Assembly (NCBI GenBank): GCA_973851085.1
Contig: OZ316775.1
Span: 10,106,001-10,170,000, forward strand
Source: Ptychomitrium polyphyllum
Lineage: Eukaryota
Direction: 5' to 3'
Length of the DNA stretch: 64,000 bases
This document shows, piece after piece, positions 45,745 to 58,700 of the stretch. The position numbers and the translations under genes are program-made. Below the pieces are notes generated by a model. That model had not been told where the DNA came from. It did not search any database and was given only the letters and a program-made list of their open reading frames with translations. Position 1 is the first letter of the stretch, and each line of letters begins with the position of its first letter.

Positions 45745-48700
45745 CCTAGAATTTCTTGTGCTTCTTTTATGTAAAATTTTAATGCACTTCCAATGGTATA
45801 TTTTAAAGTGTTCATTACATATGAATTAAAAGATTCACTTGTATATTGTGTGTATACGCATTGGAGATGCTCTTATCCAAATAGCAAGTTGGGGCCACTT
45901 CATGTTGAATTTTTATTTGTTTTATTTATTTAATTAAACAAACAAAGTGTTATTCATTGCATAAAAGCTTCATGTTGACTTCTTGGCACCCCACTATAAC
46001 AATGCTCCTGAACAGTATCCTGTCTTCAACTAATTTGGGGGTGAAGTACCAAATTGTGCAAAAAAGTATCTTAATAAGAATGCAGACTAGGTCAGAAGAA
46101 GGGTGGGGCAGTGTGTGTATGAAGGTGGGAAACAGTAGGACTCATGGATGCAATAACTAGTTTACAGGACTGCTGCACTTAGGAATGAGAATCCGTGTGA
46201 AGGTGAAATACCTGTTCCCACACATGGGTATTCTATGAGTCACATATTGCACCTCTAACAAGATGTTGAGGCTTGTGTCCATCACCATAGATTGTTGGTG
46301 ATTATTTGTCAATCTCATAATGTTTCTAGAAACTATAGATTTTGAGACAATTGATTTTCAATAATTTAACCCTATCCATCAGGGATGGCAAATGGCCCCA
46401 CTGTTTGGAAGTTCAAGTTTCTTGTGACCACTGTACGGAGTTAGCAGTCAATCAATTGGGTTCCAACCAAAGTGGCTATCCATATGATTCATAACGAAAT
46501 GGAATGATCAATGAGCAGAGAAGTACTAACAACTTAGTTGGTGGCAGTGAGCAATAGGACTCAGAATGGAATGGACAAAGGCGGCGGCCATGCACTAGTT
46601 GCAGCCATACATGATCTCCTTTTTGATGAGTCACTACCCATCCAAATCATTCCTTCTTACATTCTTCAAGAGTTGGTGTTGTAGTACTAGTCTGAAAATA
46701 TTTGGATTGGCTGACAAACACTGCCACCTACCTTCCATTTAGCATCCATCATCCATGTTTTCCTCCACTCATCATTTGGTGTTATGGATTTGCAGAAATG
46801 CAGTAAATTTTTCAACACTGTTCCTTTGCAACTTGAAGGTCCTTTTAACTACTAAGCAGCAGTGTTTATGAGTTATCACATAGCCGGAGCCCCAATAGTA
46901 GGTTAAGCCTGGGTTGAGCCTATTTAGAATAACTGACGGTTCTGTATTTAAGAGAGTATGTCAGATGAATTTTAACAGCTTACTGCAGAACTCTGTAACA
47001 AAATCCCACAAAGTTTACTTGGCTGTCTGCAATGAAGAGGCAAGTTGCAGAACTTGGAGCTTCACGGATCCTAACTAGATCTGGACACTGCAATACTCTA
47101 AAACTGAAGTAAGAAATTCATTAATTCAAAGTCCTCCACAGTACAGTAGATGTAGTAATGTATGTTTAGCATTTGTGAGGTGACAGATATTTGAAGTAAA
47201 CCAAAAATAACATTCCTTAGCTGAATGGCTCGTCAGGTTGATCAACAGTACATCAGAGCAGTACTCCATTTCTTTTCCTCCATTTCTACTCCAATTGTTA
47301 GACTCTGCAAAACATTGTCTTTCCTGGAACATCTGGCCAAATACTCTTTCGTAGATCATCCAGCTAAAGAACGAGATGAACAAAGTACAATGTGTTTATC
47401 AAGTTATTTAATAACAAGACCCTAAAATTGCTCTTAAAGCCCTTAATGGCAATTATCTTAAGGCAATACTGCAGGTTGTAATGTACCAGGCTTGCAGATT
47501 CCAGAGGAATCTTAACAAGAGAGACTTTGAGTTTTGTGACCTCAGTCTCAGACCATAAACTTGAAATGTGTGACCAGGATAGCGCAACAAGAATGTACCT
47601 ACAAGCAACAGCCTCCAACCTAAATGCTACAAAACTACTATTTATGGTACTCTCAACCTATGTTTACATGTTAAAACTTAAGCCTAGTCTCAACAGGATC
47701 ACTCACGTTCAAATTTATGCTCATACCAGGTGCTCATGATCCACGTGTCATGGACTCAATGGATGAGATCCTGGGAAGAATTGATGGAGGAGAGGTAATA
47801 GGAATGCAACACCTTTAGCTGTCCTATAAAGAGACAACATTACTTATTTAACTCCCAGCATTGCACTACTTTGTTGTTAATTTGTAGCATGATGGAGCAC
47901 AAATGATAATATTAGCATAATGTTGGGGCTGTTCATGTTTCTTTTCATTTTCCTCTTTTTTGTGACACCAGTGATGGGGCCCCCTCTGTGGGTTTCATGG
48001 ACAATTTTACTGTGTTTCTAGCAACCAGTTGCCTTGTTTCAGCATTCTACTGTTTATTACTGTACCATTTACATCCTATCCATAGCAGGTTGCATGCTTG
48101 CATGTTTGAAGCCTTGGTTCAAGGACCTTGAATACACGCGCTGAAATTGTTGAAATTGTTGAACCATGTCATAAATGGAGAGACAAATAGGATTGAAGAA
48201 CAGACTTCAATGATAGTTTCTTCTTGTGTCTTTTGAGGTGCATATTGGAAGTATTTCTCTCCAACATAGGAATTATATCTTAACCAACATGGTTGACACA
48301 CAAATATTTGTAAATGCTTCAAATTTATTCACTCAAAGACAACAACACTTATTGCATGCAAAAAGGTTTCATTTCCACTCCATGGGTAAGATTTCTTATT
48401 CAGTTGTCCAACAATTTCATATTGTACTTGTTGAAGTGGAACTCAATATGATTAAGTGTATGCTTGAAATAAATAAATAACAACTGTTACTTTAGAATTA
48501 ATTTTATATCCAGATTTACAACTTAACAATCATATTCTTCCTTTCATTCTCTTAAAATATATAGAAACCAACTTGACACTGAGCATGTATCTAACTTGGC
48601 TTAGTTTAATTCCAAACTCAAAACCAAAATAAGAACAAGATAAAATTAAAATAACCAAAGCTTGAACAAAATTCAAACCAAAGGCCACTTATCAAATATC

Positions 48701-51700
48701 AAGAAAAAAAGAACCAATTAATGGTAAAGATAAGCTCAAGCTCAAATCAATGGCTCGGATGTAAACCAAATCCTCAAGCAACCACAATCTTCAACAAGAT
48801 TTAACATCTATAAAGCAAAGAACTTAAACCCACAATTTTATAAAGGCCAAGACCAAATACAATTTCCAAATACAAAGTTTTCAAAACTCAAATTGTAAGT
48901 TATTCCAAATTTGTAAACATGTAATGTCTTAAATCAATCCTCGAGTTGTTAAGTATAGTTTCTAGATTTGGTTGGATAAAGAACAATGATTAGATCAGCA
49001 TTGAATTCTTGAGCATCAAAGGCGTACCAAAGAAAACATTACAATTTTTCAAAAACAACATGACCAAAATGGTCCAGAATGTATTTGTTTTGGATTTTGT
49101 AAACTTTACTCTTAGAACTTAAATCTAACGAAAAGTTTAACAGGAATACAATAATAACTCAAAAATTGTTTGTGGAAAAATCATAGGACGTTATAGCTAA
49201 AACAAAAAAATTTAAAATATTTATGAACGTCATTCAAGATGCAAAAAAAACTAAATGCATAATCACAAGACTTTCAAAACTTTCCAAAAATAAATGCAAC
49301 CTTCAAAACAATATAAAATTATGGTCATTTGCAAAGAACTGATTTACAAATAAATTTTGTTGTACACTTTCATACATCTAATCTCTCATGTAAAAAGTCT
49401 ATTTTTTTACAAACGGCTAATTTGCCAAGTTTTTATGTCCAATAAAATACCTTGATGATTTGTAATAATCTTCTTAACTATTTTGTCCAGATTCTGAAAT
49501 TCATGGATTTTTTCACCCTTTTGTATCATTTAATGACAAAGAAAATACCTTGAAATAGATAAACATTTGGATTTTGAAAAAAATTAATTCATATTTTTAG
49601 AACAACCTTAATAAAAAAAAGTAGACCATTAAAAGAATCTATCATATATTCTTTTATTTATTGAACATTCACTAGATTACATTAATAAAAGCATTTGTTC
49701 TTCTTGCAACATTTTCAAATGGCATTTCATGCTCATAAAAGTCTATACTTCATTTGTTTACATCCACGGTTTTTTATCAAAAAATGTTTTTTTTCTTGTA
49801 ATTTCTTTTATTTTAAACAAACAATATCGTGAAGCTCCAAAACAAAAAAGTTTTATAATTTCATTACATGTGAATATGATTTTTTATGAAAGTGATTTTG
49901 TAAGTCTAGGATCTACATAGGAATGTAATATTCAAGTAGTTTTAATCTATAGCATTATGATTCCTAATTTGATGGTTCAAATTACAAATTAGTTTTGAAA
50001 CATTTGTATAGAACTATAATATTACACCTTTTAGCAAAAGACATATGTTTTAAAATGAGATATCATTTAGAGCAAGTATCTTTTTTTGAATGTTACTTTT
50101 TTCATCTCTATATCCTTCTTAGCATCTGTATTTATTATTCACTACCACATAAATATAATTAAATGTAAATTCAACAATAAAGAAAATCCTTGCTAGTATT
50201 TGAATTTGTATTTTAAAAAACCATTGGATTAATGGACCTTAAATTGCTTACAATTTGATTATAAGCCTTTCATTAAACACATTTTATTGGTTGTATTCAA
50301 AAAAAATTACTCAATGTATTATTATTTATAATAATTATTTCATTAATTTTTATTTTAAAATGAAATAATAGACAAAGTTATCATCTCAAGTATCTTGCAA
50401 GAGATATATAATTAAACATAATAATAGTAGTAAGTGATTGGATTACACAAAGAAATAATTATGAGTAAAAGTTCATTTAGAAGAAATAATAGTAAATAAG
50501 TTCTTCTATAAATTGTTGTGATTTAAGAATAAAACCTGTATGTATATCTTATTGCATGAAATATAGTTATGGAAAAATAAAACATTTAAAATCTTGATGC
50601 ATTACAGAATAGAAATAAAAATGCATTTATATTTAGTTCAAAGCATTGAAGTCATAAATTGTATTAAATGTATAAAGCATTAAAAGGGTGGAAAACAACC
50701 CAATTTGAACATTTAAATAAATTTTGTAAAGAACTATTCAATTTCATATATCCTAGAATTTGTATGTAAAAAACTTTTATTTTCTACATCAAAATTGTAA
50801 AATTTAATTTCTATCAATTCAAATCTTGTTGAAAATCAAGGAAGTTGCAATTTTTTTGCTTATGAAATAATACTTGTATTGAAGTTGTATGTCAATTTAT
50901 AACTTGAATTATTAAGTGAAGTTATTTATAATTTATAGAATAATTTGTTCAATATCAAAGGAATAAGGAAATAAATGAAAATTATAATAAATACATAATT
51001 CTATCAACTTTTTATTTATAAGAATTATTTTATTTACATGTTGTATAAAATTCCAAGATCAAAACTTCAAAAGTTCACTTTAATATATATTTTTTAATTT
51101 ATGACAATCTCTAGAAATTTAAATGTTAAAATTTATTCTTTAGAGTTTGAACAAGATGTATAAGTATAAGATGAGATTAATTGCCAATTTGTCACTAACA
51201 AATAGCAACACACACTTTTGCATGCCATATATTGTCAAGTCCAAAAATATTTTATTTCTATGTAACCAAAAAGTTTGACTAAGTTTTGTATTCTTAAGAA
51301 GTGGAAGGAATGTGGATTTTAATATCAAAATTTTGGTAGCTTTCTGGAACGGAACTTTTCTGAAATTTCAGATTTTTTCAAAAAATGGCCAAAAATGAGA
51401 ACATTGCAAAAGAATCAATGAAACTGGATTACTTGGAGTTTTTAGGTCTGAATATTGATGCTTTCTTACGAAAAATAAGTTTTCATTTCAACTAAACAGG
51501 CGTCCTTTTCCATTTGTTAGTTTTACAAAACTATAAAACCATAACCATAATTATTTAGCGTAAACTGATCGACTGGCAATGCGATTTGATTTGACATAAA
51601 TAAAAAATCATAGATAACCATAAATCGATGTTATCATTAGAGAACAATCATTCGAACTTTAAAGTCTAAGAATCATTTGCACGCACACAAACCAAAACAA

Positions 51701-51789
51701 AATGTGTAATCAAGTATGGGAGAAAATAATGTAGGTGCCAATTTTGCATGATTCTTTGACTGCCACAGCGTTGTCCAGTGCACTGAGCA

Positions 51790-51839
51790 TTGCTGTTGCT
51801 GTTGCTGTGGCTGCTGCTGTTGCTGTTGTTGTTGCTGTG
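51790..51839. repeat. Imperfect (TGC/TGT)n microsatellite
   Basis: ttgctgttgctgttgctgtggctgctgctgttgctgttgttgttgctgtg. Confidence 0.85.
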
Positions 51840-54800
51840 AGGATGATGTACCTACTGTGTCTAATTGAGAGCGAGTGTCATTTCCTGGTCCAATGAAAGT
51901 TTGTATGTCAACGCACTCACCCCGTTCTCGGCCTCCTGGATGAGCTGCATCACACGTGGGGCCCGTACGGCAATGTTGAGATTATTGCAATTTTGCAGAT
52001 GCCTGAAGTACTCTGTGAGTCATCACCTTATTATTGTAGACAAAACTTCAGGCTAGGTGTCGTCTCTACTCCTCAAAGTTACAGTAAAGTTGGTGGCTTC
52101 TCTTCTCTTCTCGGAGTTTAGTGTTCATTGCATTGAAATGTAGAAGTCCAAACTATACTACAATTCATTAGAAACTGCCAGTTCATATGTTTCCATACTA
52201 TATTGATCACTGCCATGCTGAAGACACTGTAAAGTTGTGCCCACAAGTGATGGGTTGATGGATCGAATAAGTGAGACTTTTTGGAGTGGGCTGGTGAAGG
52301 AATATCCTTTCTCTGATGGTCTCCAAGGTTGGAACTTTACGGCTGTAAAAGCTCCACACTTGATGTCATCAGAGAAGGAAACTGATTCTAAGTTACTGCA
52401 CTTATGAATGCCATTGCTGTGAGTCACAGCAATTCTAAGAGTTACACTGTAGTTTCGAGTTCAAACAAAGTATAAACTGTAATAATTGAGGATTCCTGGA
52501 ATAGTTACAATAATGTCGGTATGGTGTGGCCAACACTAATAGTTTACATTCAGTATCAAAACTAGTGCGGATTAAAAGTTCTATGAATCATAATGATATA
52601 TTTGAAACTCATATTTGACATTCTTTCAAACAAGTAATATCACAAAACCGTTTGTTGACTTACATCGCCTAACTGATTTGAACAAAACTAGTGTAAGAAT
52701 TAGTGAAAAGAGTTTCACACTAACACCAGGTCTCACAATAAAACATAATACTGTAACTTTCTTACATTGGAGTTCAGCATCTTTGGTGTAGTCCCTATTT
52801 CTTCATTCTCCAATTAAATGTTTCTAATTATGATAGGGTGTACCTGTGTCACAGAAGACAGCCACAATTTTTGGAATACATCTATGTATCAATGGAATTA
52901 TGGGATCCAATTTTGGGCGTTTTTGTCATTTGTTAAGAAATATAGGGTGCAATGGAATAAATAAAAGAAAAAGATAATTTGATGTAATTTTATAGTCTTT
53001 AATTGATTATCTATATTATTTGGACATTTTAGAAGTTTAGTCTTTTACTAAGATTTTTATCAAACGCTTTGTCATCAATATTCATAATTGACTTGGATAT
53101 AGAGTTGGACATGGGTTTAAAATTTAGTTTGTATCCAAAATATGGCTTTTGATATACATTAAATTATTATTTTTTATCAAACTAGGGCTTTTCAACAATA
53201 TAACATTCTTTGTTAAGGAAAAACCGTGTTGTTGGAAATCACTTAAATTTTAGATATAAAGCAAATAGAATATAGTTAAATTATTTAGCATTAGTTTTTT
53301 GCCTTTGTGAAAATTACACATTTAGCAAACCATTATTTTGGAACAAAGTCTTAGAATTGATTGGTAAATGCTATGATTTTATTTTGTAACAACTATTGTA
53401 TTCGTATCATCTTCCAAAGAAACAATTTCTCCAAACACATGTACACAATTAACACACTCAATTCTACCTGAATTGCGTAAGTCTTTATCTGAACATTTGA
53501 TGACTATTTTGAAGGTCCCTGATTGACACAGTCTATGCTTTACTGTTTTTGAGGAAAATTTGATTACCTATATTTTGGTTGAATAAATGTTTGGTAGTTG
53601 AAATGTTTTTGAAAGACAAATTGAAAAGAATAAATGAAAAAAATTATCAGGAAAGATTGAAAGGCATAACTCATAGATGTCAAATGTACATAATCCATAG
53701 ATTAATTCAATCTATTCTAAATAAATAGATGTGATGCATGTATTTGTGTGTAAAAAACAAATTAAATCGAATTTGTAGTAATTGCCTCCGTTTCTACATT
53801 AACTTTTTATTTTCCTACATCGATATTGTATTTTTTCTTGTTGATGTGTTGTAAGTAAATTGATGAACCATACAAGGTTTTAAAATCAAATTCGGATTTT
53901 TACTAAAATTTAATGGTTCGGTTCAAAAGAACCCAAATTTCGAATTCTTTGTTTACATTTCTGTACAGTGGTGAAAAAGTACACCATGCATTTTGTAAGT
54001 GAAATGAAATAGTTAACAAATGTGACATGATGAGTTTTAGATGTGTTGCAATCCATCAAATTAAGTAAATTAGTATACAATGTGTATCTAATTGCTGAAA
54101 CTTACGTTCAAAACCACTAATTAAACATTTTAATTTTAATTAACATTTCAGGTATTGCCGTTTAATCAAAACGCCTAATGTATGAAGAATTTGGAATTTC
54201 AAATAAGTAAGAAAGTTAACTTTAAAATAAGAAGTAAGAACCAATAAAAGAAAATTATCTAGGAAAAGTTTTTTTTAACTTATTTTGAATTAGTATGAAT
54301 ATTTTCCTTTCAAATCTTCTTTCCAAGAACCTTAGAAGCATATTTCAATTAGCTATCATCACATCTAATAATTGGATTGAAAACTTAGAATTCCTTTGTA
54401 AAAATTTGATAAAGCCAAATTAATTAGGACTAAGTCAAGAGTGGCCTTGGAAAATGATGTTACGAATTTCTTTAAAAAACTTTAAATAGATAGATGCATT
54501 TAAAATTAAATCTTATAATAAAGTATTGAAGATAATTTGATGAGAACATTGATAAATCAAAATACATAAACAGAATTTGAAATTTCTTTTATTTGTACAT
54601 CAGTCCTAAAATTTATTTTGTGAATTATATTTATATAATAAATTTGTAACTAAATAATTAAATTTGCAAAAGGAAATTACATGTGTTAGCTTATTATTTG
54701 TTGAGCAATACTACTTGAAATTTTTCATTCGTGTTATTTAAATAACAAACTTGCACAATAACTAATTGTACTTTGTAACAAATTTTTTCAAAATCATTAC

Positions 54801-55283
54801 ATCCCAAGGTATACACAAACTTCATGGAAGTAAAGAAAATTAAGAAGAAGTAATCTTTATTAACTAAGTATTATCTACTAATCATTATATGTAAGCAAAG
54901 GTAAAGTAAGATAAAATATTTCATTGTAAAATCATTTTTGAAATTCAAATATGTTTTATACTCTTTTTTACAAACTGAGGTACTTTTAGGACAAAATCTA
55001 ATGTAAAATTATCTTATAAATCATATACATATATGTAAAATTAATTTTTGATGCCAAATATAAAAAAGATAAAATGATAAAGAAATAAATAGTTGTATAA
55101 ATAAGACAATTGCATGTAAACAATCTTACAACTTACAATTCTACTATTTTTAATTTTTAATAGATAGATGTATGTAAAGTTATTTTTTATTTTTAAAAAT
55201 ATACTCTATATATTGGTTTAGATCAATGAACACTTTTGTATCACTCTTCGTTAATCACCACAGATTCCATTCCATACAACACC

Positions 55284-55505
55284 AAAAGTGTATCTTCCCA
55301 TAAAAAGTGCATCCTCCTTCGAAAAGTTCATCTTCCCATGAAAAGTGTATCCTCCCTTGAAAATGGTGTAACTTCCCATGAAAACGGCATCCTCCCATAA
55401 AAAGTGCATCCTCCCTTGAAAAACTGCATCCTCCCTCGAAAAGTTCATCCTCCCTCGAAAAGTTAATCCTCCCTGGAAAAAGTGCATCCTCCCAAAAGTG
55501 CAAGC
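55284..55505. repeat. 19-bp minisatellite, about 12 copies
   Basis: Consensus aaaagtgcatcctcccttg repeated head to tail with variants. Confidence 0.9.
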
Positions 55506-55627
55506 CCCGCTCCCTTATGGTTCATAAATGCTGCAACTCGTGGTCCACACCGTGCACGCTGCGGAGGAACAGAGCACACAGCAGCTAGGCACACAGTGCA
55601 GCCTCTCAGTCGTCGCTGTGGTCCACA

Positions 55628-55628
55628 A

Positions 55629-55724
<96 letters not shown>

Positions 55725-55783
55725 GAGTGAACGTGAAAGTGAGCGGGAAAGTGAAAGTGAGCGGGAAAGTGAAAGTGAGCGGG
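55628..55783. repeat. (GAAAGT/GAGAGT)n hexamer microsatellite
   Basis: Directly visible; it explains the low-complexity ORFs in all frames here. Confidence 0.95.
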
Positions 55784-58700
55784 CTGCTGGCACCTTCCAA
55801 GACTTGCGAGTCCAAATTTCAGTTGGGGCCAGGCGAGTCCAAATTTCACACCATGATTGGGTTTGTTTTTGCCCATGGCATGCTCAACTTCATGAACCAC
55901 ACTTGCAAGTTTCTGTCTAACCTACACATGAGAATTTTTATTGGTTCTTCATGCAAATAACTATTACACAAGAAAATATCCAAAGAATTGGTAATGATGA
56001 GTCCTCTACACTTTTGACGTATGCAATGTGATTTAAAATTTTGTGTGGCAAACAAAGCGTTGCATGGAAAAAAATTAAGATATTACTTCACAACTTGTAA
56101 AGCTTGGAACAGAATTAATGATTTGGTTGATTTGCATATGTTTTTTTAGCCTACTAGATTGTGAAGATGTCAAACTACTTTATTGCATGTGAAGATCAAA
56201 TGGATGTTTCTTATGTTTTGTTGTTGTTTAAGTGAATAATGTTTTCTGGTGTAAATCCTATTCAATCAATTCTAGCTTGAAAGTCTATTTTATAATAAAT
56301 CTTACAAGAAGAAGAACCTTGATCCCTTGATATATTGATCTAAAATGTTGTATAAATAAAGAGTGCCATGTACAACAAATTAAGTACCATCACCATTATT
56401 TGATTTTCTATCAGCAAAACCAAGTAAGAATACATATCAAATACATTTCAAAATACTACATCTAACTTATGTCAAGATATGTGTAGAATAAAAAGATGAA
56501 TCTACATAGTTATATAACCAAAAACACTTTATTTGAAGAAGTTGTTGAAATGGCAAAGGAAAATCGTAAAATACATTTTTTTTAGGGATAAAATAACACA
56601 AACTAATTTTAAGCATTTTATATAATTTGAAAAATAATTCAAATTGTTAAAATTCAAAATAGTACGTAATGATTCTGTCTTTAGTCAACCTTTCAAATTC
56701 ATCTAATGGAATTGATTCATTATACACATAATTACTTTCAAAAAATTTAATTCCAACCAAAGCCAATGTATCATCGATCATTTATAAAAGTCTGTAGATT
56801 TTTGTTTGGTTGTGCTGAAATTTTATCTTCATTTGGTGAGGTTTATAAGTTTTTATACATTTGATTCAAAAAACTTGTAGTTAAAATCATTATGTAATTT
56901 GAATCTAAAAAGAACATAATTAATAATTTGTAATTCCTGTGACATATTTTACAACAATAAAATATGTGATAAGTTGATCAATTGTAATAATGTTTAGTAT
57001 TCAAATAACTACCTATTGCTTTTTTTTTGGACATGTATTTAAATATTTATATGACACTAAAGTTATATGACAGTATACTTTTAATTTTATATTAAATGTA
57101 GAAAAAAAAATGGGTACGAATAAGAAAAATTAATCATCATAAAAAATAGTCTTAAATGAAATATCCGGCTCTTAAAACCATCAACAAATTAATTTTTTTA
57201 TAGATAAAACTAATTTGTTAATTTCAAATACAATCTAAATTTTTGTTGTCATTGTTTTTTCATTATGAAATTGATGCAATTTTATTTACAATCATTATTT
57301 TGAAAATATACATATTTGTCATCTTTAAATGATTATATTTCTATTTTCATTTATACATACTTTATGTATAGTTCAACATTGATGGCTTTTGTATTCATAC
57401 ATGTCTTTGCATATATGAAATAGAATATCCTCAAAGCTATAGTAATATTATGAAAAAATATAATGAAGTTGTAATTGTCATGTGTAAATCATTGTATAGT
57501 TTATGTAAACAAGCCAAAACTACTCATTGACTTTTTCACTTATATTACAAGAAAATAATTGACAAGCTCAATATGATGTTTGTAAATAAAATATTTAATC
57601 TTATTACAACATCATCCTATGTTTAAGGTGGTGATGCAAATATACTTTCTTTCTAATGGAAATAGATTTTATAATACATTAAATACAACTTATCAAACAT
57701 GACTAGGGACTAATTATTTTAGCTATGAAAACCTTACATTAATCTAATGTGATATTGCTACATTCAATGATTTATATTGAAGAATTATTATACTTAAAAT
57801 TTTAAGCCATTTTTACAACTCTATCATATAAACATGCAACTATAGGAAAAATTAATAAGATTTTTACTAAATTTAAGATTTTAAAAGAGTTTTGGACTTC
57901 CAAATTCATAAAAAAAAGGCCCCCATTCCAATAGAATTATGGCTTAAAATGTTGGGCATTATGGTCATTTTGTTATTGAATGTGATATTCAAAATTTGAA
58001 GTTATGATTCTATTGAAATGATGGCATTTCCACATAAATTTGGAAATCTAGACTTCTTTAGAAAAAATTGATTTCAATAAAAGCATGATATTATCATTGC
58101 CTACCAAATGGAATTAGAGTATATTTGTTATTTATATAATATTTAAAGAAAATGATCCATATCTTGCTTCTTATAATTTTATTTTTTTCCAATCTAAGAC
58201 CAATAAAAAATAATAACTTTGATACAATCAGCTTAGTTACATGCTATCATTATATTTATTAAATTCCTTATCTATCATTTTTTTAGTAATTTCTTAAACA
58301 CACACCATTGCAAACTCATTTGAAAAAATTGAAGAATCCATAATTTCTTTAAATATTTTAATCTTCTTAGGTAAATGTTATATTACAAAAAATATTGTTA
58401 TATTTTATAAAGTACACATTTAAATTTTGTGGTTTACATTAAATAATTGATTAGAAGTTATATTAAAATGAATTAAACATATAGATAAAAAGTAGAATAT
58501 CAATAAACTTTATAATTATCTAAATAGATAGATAAATAGATATTTTCTCACTTCAAATATGGTTATAAAAAAATATGCTTTGTAAGGGAAGTAATGCTAG
58601 TTGCTATTTGCAACAAAAAATGCATTATTTCTATAAGCTTATTGCAATGTTCATTCATAGACATTCTTTCCAATTACATCAAAATTTTGGATTGTAATAT

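Noticed and set aside
53964..53990. TACAGTGGTGAAAAAGTA, resembling a Tc1 terminal repeat
   Set aside because: No matching opposite terminus or transposase found.
55284..55505. Regularly spaced repeats superficially like a CRISPR array
   Set aside because: Units are head-to-tail with no unique spacers, no cas genes, eukaryotic context.
55463..55960. Overlapping ORFs rich in HF/HS, SL, ES, TF and VK repeats
   Set aside because: All are translations of the hexamer microsatellite; no coding evidence.
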